Shown piece by piece: positions 41,875 to 51,351 of a stretch of 62,069 nt of DNA. This stretch comes from Candidatus Velthaea sp. (GTDB lineage Bacteria > Vulcanimicrobiota > Vulcanimicrobiia > Vulcanimicrobiales > Vulcanimicrobiaceae): assembly GCA_050012475.1 (NCBI GenBank), contig JBEKHC010000016.1, positions 1-62,069 on the forward strand. The letters run 5' to 3'. Numbering within the stretch: position 1 is the stretch's first letter; each line of letters begins with the position of its first letter. The notes under the pieces are model-generated. The model worked only from the letters and a program-made list of their open reading frames with translations. It did not search any database and was not told the DNA's origin. The position numbers and the translations under genes are program-made.

Positions 41875-42381
41875 TTACTTGGTCTCTTTCTCGTCGGGTT
41901 CGTGCCGATTGGCGAGATTCCGAATCTCTTCGATGTTGCTGCGCACGCGATTCGAGACGATCTCGAGGATCTCCGACTGCGACTTGCCGACCGTGTCGGC
42001 AATCTCTTTCATGCTCGCCAGAGCGCTCGACAACGCTTCGCTGGCGAGAGCTTGCTGTTTACGAATGACTTCTGCGGGCTTCGCCGCTTCCTCCGGCAAT
42101 TTGCGCAACGCCTCGCCGACTTCCGTGAGCACCGTTTTTAGCAACTCGGCCTGCTTCTCGACGATCGTCTGGGCACCGACGAATGCTGCGGATGTCCCCC
42201 GCGTTACCGAGTCGATGTCCAGCTTGCGTGATTCGAGGAAGCCGTCAAGGTCAAAGCCGGGCAGCTTGAACCGTTCGAGCATGCCTCGAATGTCCAGCGA
42301 AGCATCGTTCGCGTCTTCGTGCGGCGCATCTTTGGCGTCGGTCGCCTTCGGGTCGGGCGTCAGGGTGGTTTGTTGGCTCAT
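41875..42381 (-). CDS. phaP: Phasin (PHA granule protein)
   Basis: FKLPGFDLDGFLESRK.DI...GAQTI..KQAELL...SQSEILEIVSNRV. Confidence 0.8.
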   Translation of the reverse strand: MSQQTTLTPDPKATDAKDAPHEDANDASLDIRGMLERFKLPGFDLDGFLESRKLDIDSVTRGTSAAFVGAQTIVEKQAELLKTVLTEVGEALRKLPEEAAKPAEVIRKQQALASEALSSALASMKEIADTVGKSQSEILEIVSNRVRSNIEEIRNLANRHEPDEKETK

Positions 42382-43013
42382 CATCGTTCCGTTCTGTAGT
42401 ACATGAGTGAAGGTACGTTTGAAATCGCCGGATTGGGAAGCCCGCTCATTGTCGACGCCGCGGCCGAACGTCGTGCCCTTACTTCGCCGTCGCGGACAAT
42501 AGGCTCAATATACCGTCGGTCCTCGACGATGTCACTCCCTGAGAGTCACGATAACGCTGCACGTTCTAAGGCGCTCGTCAAACGGGATTCGGCCTCCTCG
42601 GCCCGGCCCGGACGCCGGTCTGGGTGATTTCTTGGTGGTCGCCGCAGCGATCCCACTGAATTGCCAGCCCCCGGTTGTCCCGACCATTGCCGATGCAGTC
42701 CAACGTGCAACCGCACTTCCACGTCGATCGCTCGATCTGCGACGTGCCGTGGGAAAACATGAGTGATCTGGTTTGATAGGGGCCGAGAACGCGATGAATC
42801 TCGGCCGCTTTTTTACCTCGTGCGATTTTCGTCTCCCATCATCGCGAAATCGGTATATAAGAACGGTTTGCGGCGCCGGATTCTCGAATTGAGCTTCATG
42901 GCGCGAATAGCACATAATAATTAGACGGGAGCGGATAGAATCTGGGCAATCGTGGAAAACGTGGATTGAACCCGAGCGAATGATGCGGTAAAATCGATGC
43001 GGAGGATACTGCC

Positions 43014-43697
43014 TTGTCACGTCCACACGAAGATCGCGAACGACACACCCTCGTCGACCATCGGCCCGGCGGGTCGCCGGCGGCATTCACCGTTGGAAGC
43101 TGGCTGGCCATCGGTATCGCGCGCGTCAAGGCAGAGCGCGACGATGCATGCGTCGCCGCCTACGAAACGCTCATCGAAAAAGCGAGCACGTCGAACGTTC
43201 ACGCCGGCCCGGCCGTTGTGTTCGCATCGGACAACGGCCGGCGGGTGGTGGCGATGGTTGGGGTGCGCGGCCATGACGCCTTTCGTCACCTCACGGCGGC
43301 CTGGGACGACCACCATCGTAACGAGCAGCATCGCGTGATCGCGGAGTCGGTGTCGTTCGCTCTCTACGAAGTCGCCGCGGGCATCGGAGAGCCGGACATC
43401 GATCCGGCGTCGCACGACGTGTACGTCTACGAGCGCTTGGAGCGGGGCGTCCCGCGCGCATCCGAGCTTTTCTCCTCGCTCGACGCCGGGACGGGTTTTC
43501 GAGGCGCGACCGTCTTCCAGGGCGACGACGCAACCGCGACCGTCATCCTCTCGCGCTTCGCCCACCTCGCGGCTTACGACGCCTTTCGCACCGGCCGAGC
43601 TGCCGTGAACGCCCTTGGCTCACGCGGCGAACCGGGAGACGCGTCCTTCGCCGTGCACCCGCGCAAGACGATCGCGCTCCCTGCGGCTCGCGCCTAG
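43014..43697 (+). CDS. Hypothetical protein, possibly tandem ABM-like barrel domains
   Basis: GGAGGA RBS then TTG. Two similar halves: VFASDNGRRVVAMV..RGHDAFR and GFRGATVFQGDDATATVILSRF..LAAYDAFR. Confidence 0.7.
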   Translation: MSRPHEDRERHTLVDHRPGGSPAAFTVGSWLAIGIARVKAERDDACVAAYETLIEKASTSNVHAGPAVVFASDNGRRVVAMVGVRGHDAFRHLTAAWDDHHRNEQHRVIAESVSFALYEVAAGIGEPDIDPASHDVYVYERLERGVPRASELFSSLDAGTGFRGATVFQGDDATATVILSRFAHLAAYDAFRTGRAAVNALGSRGEPGDASFAVHPRKTIALPAARA

Positions 43698-43709
43698 TTC
43701 GGTTTCGAG

Positions 43710-44561
43710 CTACGGCGCGAATTCGTATTGGGCGTTTACGATGCGCCCACGCCAATAGGGAAAAGGCCCTTCGGGCAACACCCATTCGACTTGACCCACC
43801 ATTGGAATCATCATGCCCGCGACTTGGTGATAGTCGCTCCAGCGGCCAACCCAAGGTGTCAATCCGGACTTACCGGCCCCATCGCGATACCGCAGCGCAG
43901 ATATGCGCGCGATCTCGCCGCGCTCACCAAACTCCACGTCGCAAGAGACCGTCGTTTGCCCATCCGCGAGCGTGACGCGGGCGGTGTTGCCGGGAAGTGA
44001 ACTCCACGAGATACCGCCACGGGGCAGAAGGGCGGTGGGGAATAACACGGCTTCGGCCAGATATCGCAGTAGTTCGCCCGATGCCATCACCGGTGTCCCA
44101 CACTGATTCACGAGCGGTACCATTGCCGCTAGCGTTCCATACATGGCTCCTTCGTTTGCAACATAGCCGTCGCGAACGTAAAGAGGCATTATCGCAGCCA
44201 TTCGAATCCTGGCGTCCCAAAGAAAACCCGGGGGCTCGACTGAAAAGTGCTCGACGGCCGTAAAGGGACTCCAGGAACCGGCGCGCATTGCGAATTCGCC
44301 CCTTTGCTGTAAACGTGCGTTACGCACGACCGACTGCCCCGGAGTGAGCGCGAACTCGAAATAGCGTATGACGGGAGCGGGCAAACCCGCGAGATCGTCG
44401 CGCGAGAACCGAGCGGCGATGTTTTGCCTCTGCTCGTGAAGGCGAACGACGCTACGCGCTGTCGCTCGATTCCAACGAAGGTGCGCAACAAAAAACGCAG
44501 CAGCGACGCCGCCCGCAATGCTCGCCATGACCGCGACACGAATCAACAGCCAACGTTTCAA
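43710..44561 (-). CDS. DUF6544-like membrane-anchored protein; start approximate
   Basis: LPAPVIRYF, WSPFTAVEHFS..PPGFLWDARI, RYLAEAVLFPTALLP and TPWVGR. Confidence 0.82.
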   Translation of the reverse strand: MKRWLLIRVAVMASIAGGVAAAFFVAHLRWNRATARSVVRLHEQRQNIAARFSRDDLAGLPAPVIRYFEFALTPGQSVVRNARLQQRGEFAMRAGSWSPFTAVEHFSVEPPGFLWDARIRMAAIMPLYVRDGYVANEGAMYGTLAAMVPLVNQCGTPVMASGELLRYLAEAVLFPTALLPRGGISWSSLPGNTARVTLADGQTTVSCDVEFGERGEIARISALRYRDGAGKSGLTPWVGRWSDYHQVAGMMIPMVGQVEWVLPEGPFPYWRGRIVNAQYEFAP

Positions 44562-44610
44562 CTTCTTACGCCGCCTGCATAGCCGGTCGTTGCAGACTCG
44601 CACGATGACA

Positions 44611-45723
44611 TTAGACGATCACAGCATTTACCGGGCGACGCAAGGACCGCGGCATCTCCAGACCACGACCAAGGCGCACTACCAGATCGGGGCGACGATG
44701 CCCGAGACCGAGCGAACGCGCAAAATCGGTTCGGAGCGACGAGACTTCCACGGGTTGGTTCACCATTGCCGTGCGGATACCCAGCGCCGTTGCCTGCAGA
44801 ACGAAACGTTCATAGCAGCGCCCCGTCTGAACCCAATGCTGATGGTCGCTGGCATCGGACACAAACACGGCGATTCCCGCGGAGCTTCTAATGAACTTTG
44901 CATACTTGTCGTTTTCGCTGTTCGGCGTAAAAGACAACGTCAACGCGAGATTGCCGAGCCAGCGCGGAACTTGTGGATTGCCTGAAGCGTGCGAGCTTAG
45001 CCCATCGCCCGTCGCGATGGCGTCCCCGTCGTTAAAACGGATCCATTTGCGCAGTTCGGCCATGAAGGCAGGGTCATTCATCTGCCTGGTGTTGCCCTGG
45101 ACTACGTACTCGAGGACGCGTTCCATCTGGCTTCGACCGGTAAGCAACAGGATACGGACTCCTTGCCCCTGTCCAGCAACTTCGAGCGCTCGTAATTCGG
45201 TTTGCTGTATGGGTGTGCCGTCGTATGCGCCGCGCGTGCATTGACGCATGGGAATCGCACCGAACAGCGGCGAGATGACCGCTTTCGCCCGCTGGAATGC
45301 GACTCGTACCCCGGCGCCGGTGGCGGGATCGAAGCGGACGTCGCTGCGGAGGCCGTGCGCAAGCCCGGCCTGAACCAGGTTCTCCGTTGCACAGCCGAGG
45401 CTAACGAAGAGGTGATGGTCGTCTGGGTCCACAGCCGGGCAGCGCCGAGCGAAGTCGGGGAGAATCGAAATGAGATTCTTTTCGAGTTTGAATCTCCAGC
45501 ACTGGGTGTTGTGGCTCGACGGCGCAAGCGTTGCATACCGGACGAGTTCACGCTGCAGAGCGTCACTCCCCGAGATGCGGCTGTCAAAGGGCCGCCACGT
45601 TCCTTTCACGGCCTGGGTGTACGCATTGTTGGATGATGAGCAGGCGGCAAAGGGCGCAGCGCTCGCAATGAGCGTCGCCGCTGCCAAAAACCCCCGCCGG
45701 GTCGGCTGTCTTTCGCTCTCCAT
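44611..45723 (-). CDS. Acg-family FMN-binding nitroreductase-like protein with a Tat signal
   Basis: TRRGFL; ATLAPSSHNTQCW, VDPDDHHLFVSLGCATENL, NQPVEV and SLRRPV. Confidence 0.88.
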   Translation of the reverse strand: MESERQPTRRGFLAAATLIASAAPFAACSSSNNAYTQAVKGTWRPFDSRISGSDALQRELVRYATLAPSSHNTQCWRFKLEKNLISILPDFARRCPAVDPDDHHLFVSLGCATENLVQAGLAHGLRSDVRFDPATGAGVRVAFQRAKAVISPLFGAIPMRQCTRGAYDGTPIQQTELRALEVAGQGQGVRILLLTGRSQMERVLEYVVQGNTRQMNDPAFMAELRKWIRFNDGDAIATGDGLSSHASGNPQVPRWLGNLALTLSFTPNSENDKYAKFIRSSAGIAVFVSDASDHQHWVQTGRCYERFVLQATALGIRTAMVNQPVEVSSLRTDFARSLGLGHRRPDLVVRLGRGLEMPRSLRRPVNAVIV

Positions 45724-45742
45724 GGCATCTACGCCGCAAAGT

Positions 45743-46637
45743 TCAAATCGCGTGGTCATTTCTCGCCCCCGCCGCTTTGTCGATCGCGCTGTAAACGAGT
45801 CGCAAATGCGGCGTAACGTCATTCTCAATGAGGGAACGCACGTCGGCCACGAGCGCGGCCATCTCCCGCGGTGCGTGACGCGTGTGGAGCGCAAAGTAAC
45901 GTTCCCCGCGAAACGATCGCAAGAGTCGGCGCCAGTACCCGATCGCGAACGCAAGCGGAACCCAGAGGAAGATCGCGCGCAGCGGCAGCGGAGCAGGCCG
46001 CAATGATAAACGTGCGCACGAGCGCCGAATCAGATGCCAAGCGAATCGGGTCGCCATCGACCTCATACAATGCGCCGGCAATCGCTGTCACGAAAATCGC
46101 GTGTCGGCGCAGCCACGAATCCATGTCTGGTACCAGTTCGACGCGAAAGCCGGCGCTTCGGATGATAGCGGCGACATCGGGCGCTCTCGCCTCAATCGCC
46201 GTCGCTTGTTCGCTGACTTCGACGTAACGATCCACGCCATCTTCGATCGCGCCGGCCGCTCCGGGAAAGCCTAGAACGACGCGCTGACGGCTAAGTGCCT
46301 CGTAGAGCGAATCGGATCCGTTTGCATGATTCACCATAACGACGAAGCGCGCGACTCTTGTCGCCACTACGAGGTCTGGAAGCGCGTCGTCCAGCTGCTC
46401 CCGCCGAACACAAATGAGACAGAGGTCGGCGACCGTATCTCGTGTTAGCCGTTCGATCACCCGCAACTGAACGACGTCGGTGCGGTTTGTCAGCGCGTTC
46501 GAGATGGCAGCTCCGCGGTCACTTAGCTCAGCCCCACGACCACCTCGCGCGATCAACGTTACGTCATGGCCTGCGCGAGCGAGCCGGACGCCGTAGAGAG
46601 TTCCCTGAACGCCGGACCCTAGGACCACGATCTTCAT
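45743..46637 (-). pseudogene. Ketopantoate reductase-like gene with a frameshift near 46000
   Basis: MKIVVLGSGVQG...DMDSWLRRHA...VRTFII continues in another frame as PAPLPLRAIFLWVP..FA..YWRR...HTRHAPREM. Confidence 0.8.
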
Positions 46638-46736
46638 TTTCCGCCATTGCGAGTCGTCGAGGCGTCAGTCCATATCATTGTCGCCGGCGATCGCCGCCGT
46701 CTCGGACTTACGATATCCGCCCTTGAGAGGCAGCGC

Positions 46737-46782
46737 TACCCCCCATTTCACTATGGTGGAGGGCGCTCGCGCTACGTATACT
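46737..46782 (+). promoter_or_regulatory. Regulon motif copy upstream of the LarA-like gene
   Basis: TACCCCCCATT-TCACTATG-N17-TACG-TATACT. Confidence 0.55.
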
Positions 46783-46861
46783 GTCTGCCAGCGCGCGTCG
46801 CGTTTGGCTCGTCAACTCGTTTAAGCGCCACGGATCTCGCCGTTCAGCTGGAGGTTTCGCG

Positions 46862-48124
46862 ATGGACTACATCGAGGCAGCCGTGGTCCTCGACACGCAG
46901 GTCGCCCCAGCGATCGCGAATCCCGAGCAGGCGGTCCGAGACGCGCTCGCAAGCGTGCTGCCGGGCCGGATCGCGCGCGGCGCGCGGGTAGCGATCACCG
47001 CCGGCAGTCGCGGCATCGCCAACGGCACCCCGCTTTTGCGCGGTTTGGCGACCGCCGTCCGCGCTGCGGGAGCGGAACCGTTTTTCATTCCGGCGATGGG
47101 CTCCCACGGGGGCGGCACCGGCGATGGCCAACGCGCGATGCTCGTTTCCCTCGGCGTCACGCAAGAAACCGTCGGTGCGCCAATCGTCAGCGAGATGGAC
47201 GTGATCGAAGTCGGCACCACCGCGAGCGGGGTCCGTGTTTACTGCGACGCGCAGGCGGCACGCGCGGACGCGATCGTCGTCGCGAACCGGGTAAAACCGC
47301 ATACCCATTTTTCGGGCACCATCGAGAGCGGAATGCTCAAGATGATGGCGATCGGTCTGGGCAAAGCCGTCGGCGCCGCAGCATACCATGCCGCCTTCGA
47401 ACGGATCGGATACGAGAAAGTCATCCGTGAAGTTGCCGAGGTGATGTTCGCTGGGACGCCGATCGTCGCGGGGGTCGGCTTCGTCGACGATAATCGCGGC
47501 GGCACTCACGCCGTTGGAGCCTTTCCTGCGGACACCATCGTGGCGAACGAAGAGCGGCTACTCGTGCAGGCGCGCGCGCTGCTCTCCGTGCTGCCGTTCG
47601 ATGAACTCGATCTGCTCGTTATCGACGAGATGGGCAAAGAACTCTCCGGAACCGGGATGGACACAAACGTCACCGCACGCGCCATCGACGGCCGAAGCCA
47701 AAAATCGCCGACGCCCATCGTCCGGCAGCTCTTCGTGCGCGATCTGACCGATCAGTCACACGGCAACGCCAACGGGGTCGGTATCGCCGATTTCTGTCTG
47801 CGCCGGTTAGCCGACAAAATCGACTGGCCATCGACCTATCTCAATGCATTGACCTCGGCATCACCGGCGGGGGCACGGCTACCCGTCGTATGTGCCAACG
47901 ATCGTGAAGCGGTTCGCTACGCGCTCGTGGCCGCCGGCGTCGAACGCCTGGCTGATGCGCGCGTCGCGCGCATCAAGAATACGCTGCACATCGATTCGAT
48001 GGTCGTTTCACAGGCCGCACTGGCGACGATGCGCAACGGCGGCCGGTACGCGGTGGGCGGCGACTCGGATGCGCTCGCGCTGCGCCACGGGGACGATTTT
48101 CCGGCCTTCCCGATCGCAACGTAG
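46862..48124 (+). CDS. LarA-superfamily (nickel-pincer-dependent isomerase-like) protein
   Basis: AITAGSRGI, PAMGSHGG.T, NRVKPHT, ESG.LKM.AIGLGK and GK..SG.GMD.NV. Confidence 0.82.
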   Translation: MDYIEAAVVLDTQVAPAIANPEQAVRDALASVLPGRIARGARVAITAGSRGIANGTPLLRGLATAVRAAGAEPFFIPAMGSHGGGTGDGQRAMLVSLGVTQETVGAPIVSEMDVIEVGTTASGVRVYCDAQAARADAIVVANRVKPHTHFSGTIESGMLKMMAIGLGKAVGAAAYHAAFERIGYEKVIREVAEVMFAGTPIVAGVGFVDDNRGGTHAVGAFPADTIVANEERLLVQARALLSVLPFDELDLLVIDEMGKELSGTGMDTNVTARAIDGRSQKSPTPIVRQLFVRDLTDQSHGNANGVGIADFCLRRLADKIDWPSTYLNALTSASPAGARLPVVCANDREAVRYALVAAGVERLADARVARIKNTLHIDSMVVSQAALATMRNGGRYAVGGDSDALALRHGDDFPAFPIAT

Positions 48125-48133
48125 TCTGCGCTC

Positions 48134-48179
48134 TTCCGAGTATTTCACGATACCGCTTCGAGTTCCGCTGCGATACAGT
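48134..48179 (+). promoter_or_regulatory. Regulon motif copy upstream of pntAB
   Basis: TTCCGAGTATT-TCACGATA-N17-GCGA-TACAGT. Confidence 0.78.
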
Positions 48180-48281
48180 TGTTCTCCGAGCCGATCGCGT
48201 TATGCGACCGAAAGTAGTCGAAGTAATGGCAGCACAAGCCGGACCGAAGACGGAATTCGCGCCCGAAAGCCCGGCACCGTG

Positions 48282-49424
48282 ATGTTCGTCAACGTCGCCG
48301 TCCTCAAAGAGACACAGGCCCACGAGCGGCGGGTTGCGCTGGTTCCGGCGGTTGTCGCCCGCCTCGTAAAATTGGGTGCCCGGCTGCATATGCAGTCCGG
48401 TGCCGGCGAGGCTGTCGCCTTGCCGGACGAAGCCTACCGGGACGTCGCGTTCACGGCCCATCGCAGAGAGCTGCTTCGCGATGCGGATGTCGTTCTCGCC
48501 GTCGGGCCGCCGGCGCTCGCTGCGATCGGCGAGATGCAGGCCGGCGCGATCCTCATTTCGTTCATTTACGAACACAACGAGCCGGCTCTCGTCGAACGCT
48601 TACTCGAAAGAAAGATCACGTGCTTCGCGATGGAGCGCGTACCGCGAATTAGCCGAGCCCAATCGATGGATGCGCTCTCGAGCCAGTCCGCGCTGACGGG
48701 ATACTACGGCGTGCAGCTCGGAGCCACGCATCTCAATCGCGTCCTGCCGAAGATCACGACGGCTGCGGGGACCATCGGGCCCGCCAAAGTGCTGGTCATG
48801 GGTCTGGGTGTGGCCGGTCTCGAGGCGATCGCAACGGCACATCGGTTGGGCGCCGTCGTGGAAGGCTACGACGTGCGGCCGGAAACGGCGGAACAGGCGG
48901 CGTCGTTGGGAGCTACCTTCGTCGACACGGGCGTCGATGCGCGCGGCAAGGGCGGCTATGCGCGCGAGCTCACCGCGGACGAACGCGCGAAGGTTGCAGG
49001 CGCGCTGACCAAACACATCGCGGCCGCCGATTTGATCGTTACGACGGCCGCGATCCCCGGAAAAGCATCCCCCAAGCTCATCAGCAGCGCGCAAGTCGCG
49101 GGCATGAAGGCCGGTGCGGTCATCGTCGACCTCTCTGCGGAAGGCGGCGGCAACTGCGACGATACGGTTCCCGGTCAGACGGTTCGGGTCGGCCGGATCA
49201 CGATCGTCGCGCCGCTCAACGTGCCGGCGCTGCTCGGTGCCGATGCAAGCAGCTTGTATGCCCACAATGCGTTCAATCTGCTCACGCTGATGCTCCAGAA
49301 CAACATCGTCACGATCGACTGGAGCGACGAGGTGCTGGCAAAGACCATGCTGACTCACGCCGGTGCCTTGCATGACGACGCGGCCAATCACAAGAGCGCG
49401 CAAACTGCCGCCAAGGTGGCTTGA
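48282..49424 (+). CDS. pntA: NAD(P) transhydrogenase alpha subunit, part 1
   Basis: ERRVAL.P, PRISRAQSMDALSSQ, GLGVAGL and GGYA. Confidence 0.95.
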   Translation: MFVNVAVLKETQAHERRVALVPAVVARLVKLGARLHMQSGAGEAVALPDEAYRDVAFTAHRRELLRDADVVLAVGPPALAAIGEMQAGAILISFIYEHNEPALVERLLERKITCFAMERVPRISRAQSMDALSSQSALTGYYGVQLGATHLNRVLPKITTAAGTIGPAKVLVMGLGVAGLEAIATAHRLGAVVEGYDVRPETAEQAASLGATFVDTGVDARGKGGYARELTADERAKVAGALTKHIAAADLIVTTAAIPGKASPKLISSAQVAGMKAGAVIVDLSAEGGGNCDDTVPGQTVRVGRITIVAPLNVPALLGADASSLYAHNAFNLLTLMLQNNIVTIDWSDEVLAKTMLTHAGALHDDAANHKSAQTAAKVA

Positions 49425-49765
49425 TGGCGGTCGACGGTTTCGCAGGCCTGTATATCTTCATGCTGGCCGCCTTTGCCGGCTGGGTCATCATCGGCCGCGT
49501 GCCCGCGATTCTGCACACGCCCTTGATGTCGGGCTCGAACTTCGTCCACGGGATCGTCGTTGTCGGCGGCATGTTCGCGTTGCTCAACGCGACCAATCCG
49601 CTCGAACAATCCATCGGATTCGTTGCGGTGCTGCTGGGCGCAGGCAACGCCGCGGGCGGGTACGCCGTTACGGTCCGCATGCTCGCGATGTTCAAAACCA
49701 GTGAAGCCAAGCCGCCTCGGTCAAGACACCGCCGAGCGAAACCGCATCATGCCAAGGGAACGTAG
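49424..49765 (+). CDS. pntA: NAD(P) transhydrogenase alpha subunit, part 2
   Basis: VPAILHTPLMSGSN and GGYAVT.RML.MFK. Confidence 0.95.
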   Translation: MAVDGFAGLYIFMLAAFAGWVIIGRVPAILHTPLMSGSNFVHGIVVVGGMFALLNATNPLEQSIGFVAVLLGAGNAAGGYAVTVRMLAMFKTSEAKPPRSRHRRAKPHHAKGT

Positions 49766-49774
49766 CACCTCGCC

Positions 49775-51223
49775 ATGCTCGTCATGATCTCGCAACTTGC
49801 AATCGGCGCGACGGGATTCGCGGCAGCCTTCCTCTTCATGTACGGCCTCAAGCGCATGTCCTCGCCGGCATCGGCGGCCTCGGGGATCCGTTTCGCGGGC
49901 ATCGGCATGCTCGCTGCCGTGCTCGCGAGCTTCCTCTATGTCTTCAACGTGAGCGACGCGGCGAGGCCCCATCTCGCGCTCAATCTCACACTTGCGGTCG
50001 CGGCTCTCGCGATCGGCGGCGGGATCGCCTGGTGGAGCGGCAAGACGGTCAAGATGACGGCCTTGCCGCAAATGGTCGCGATCTACAACGGCATGGGCGG
50101 CGGCGCCGCGGGCGCGATCGCCGCCGTCGAACTGTTCGGCAATCGGACGCAAGGCGCAGTGCAACTCGGCGTGACGTTACTCGGTGCGCTCATCGGTGCC
50201 ATCTCCCTTTCCGGCTCGCTCATCGCGTGGGGCAAGCTGGACGGCATCCTCAAGTCGCCCTTTCACGCGCGCGGCCAACAGGCATTCAACGCGTTTCTCA
50301 TGCTGGTGACGGTGATCGCGGGAATTCTCGTCGCGATCGGCGTGACCGGAACGGCACCGTTGCTGCTGCCGCTGCCCGGCTGGATCTGCGTCTTCTTCGG
50401 TTGCGCGCTGCTGCTGGGCATCCTCATCACGCTCCCGATCGGCGGCGCCGACATGCCGGTCGTCATCTCCATCTATAACGCGGCCACCGGGCTCGCGGTC
50501 GGGCTCGAAGGCTTCGTGCTGCAAAATCCGGCGCTGATGATCGCGGGTATGGTGGTGGGCGCTGCCGGAACGCTGTTGACCCTGCTCATGGCGAAGGCCA
50601 TGAACCGTTCGGTCGTCGGCGTCTTGTTCAAGACCTATGGACCGAGCGTGAAGCAAAAGCACGGCGCGATCGAGGGCACCGAAAAGCCGGCCGAGGCAAG
50701 CGATGCTGCCGTCTTCATGCGCTACGCGAAGAGCGTGATCATCGTCCCGGGCTACGGTCTCGCCGTTTCGCAGGCTCAGCAGAAGCTCCACGAATTCGTC
50801 AAACTCTTGGCGGCGGCCGGCGTGAGCGTCAAGTTCGCGATCCATCCGGTGGCGGGCCGCATGCCCGGACACATGGACGTCTTGCTCGCTGAAGCCGGTG
50901 TTCCATACGACACAATTTTTCAAATGGCCGATATCAACGAGGAATTCGCGAGCGCCGACGTTGCGCTGGTCATCGGCGCGAACGACGTTGTGAATCCGGC
51001 GGCGCGGACGGATAAATCGTCGCCGATCTTCGGGATGCCGATCGTCAACGCGGACCAAGCCAAACGCGTTTACGTCATCAAGCGCGGTCAGGGCAAAGGC
51101 TACGCCGGGATCGTCAACGCGCTTTTCTACGCGCCCAACTGCAGCATGGTGTACGGCGATGCGGCCGCCGTGCTAGTGAAAATGATCGAGGCGGTCAGAG
51201 CACTCGGTTCGGCCGCGGCCTAG
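49775..51223 (+). CDS. pntB: NAD(P) transhydrogenase beta subunit
   Basis: IGGADMPVVIS, IVPGYG, HPVAGRMPGHM and GANDVVNPAA. Confidence 0.97.
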   Translation: MLVMISQLAIGATGFAAAFLFMYGLKRMSSPASAASGIRFAGIGMLAAVLASFLYVFNVSDAARPHLALNLTLAVAALAIGGGIAWWSGKTVKMTALPQMVAIYNGMGGGAAGAIAAVELFGNRTQGAVQLGVTLLGALIGAISLSGSLIAWGKLDGILKSPFHARGQQAFNAFLMLVTVIAGILVAIGVTGTAPLLLPLPGWICVFFGCALLLGILITLPIGGADMPVVISIYNAATGLAVGLEGFVLQNPALMIAGMVVGAAGTLLTLLMAKAMNRSVVGVLFKTYGPSVKQKHGAIEGTEKPAEASDAAVFMRYAKSVIIVPGYGLAVSQAQQKLHEFVKLLAAAGVSVKFAIHPVAGRMPGHMDVLLAEAGVPYDTIFQMADINEEFASADVALVIGANDVVNPAARTDKSSPIFGMPIVNADQAKRVYVIKRGQGKGYAGIVNALFYAPNCSMVYGDAAAVLVKMIEAVRALGSAAA

Positions 51224-51267
51224 AGAAACGCGCTGCGCATTCCCTCGTGTTTCGGCTTCTCCCGAGA

Positions 51268-51301
51268 CGGAGGGTTCGGGCGGGCGTACCGAGCGAAGCC
51301 G
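51268..51301 (+). repeat. 34-bp element; an inverted copy lies at 60193-60226
   Basis: CGGAGG(G/C)TTCGGGCGGGCGTACCGAGCGAAGCCG, 33/34 identity between copies. Confidence 0.9.
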
Positions 51302-51351
51302 TTATCATTACGTGTCGGTGAGCCCGATACGTTCCTAGTAAAGGAGCGATC

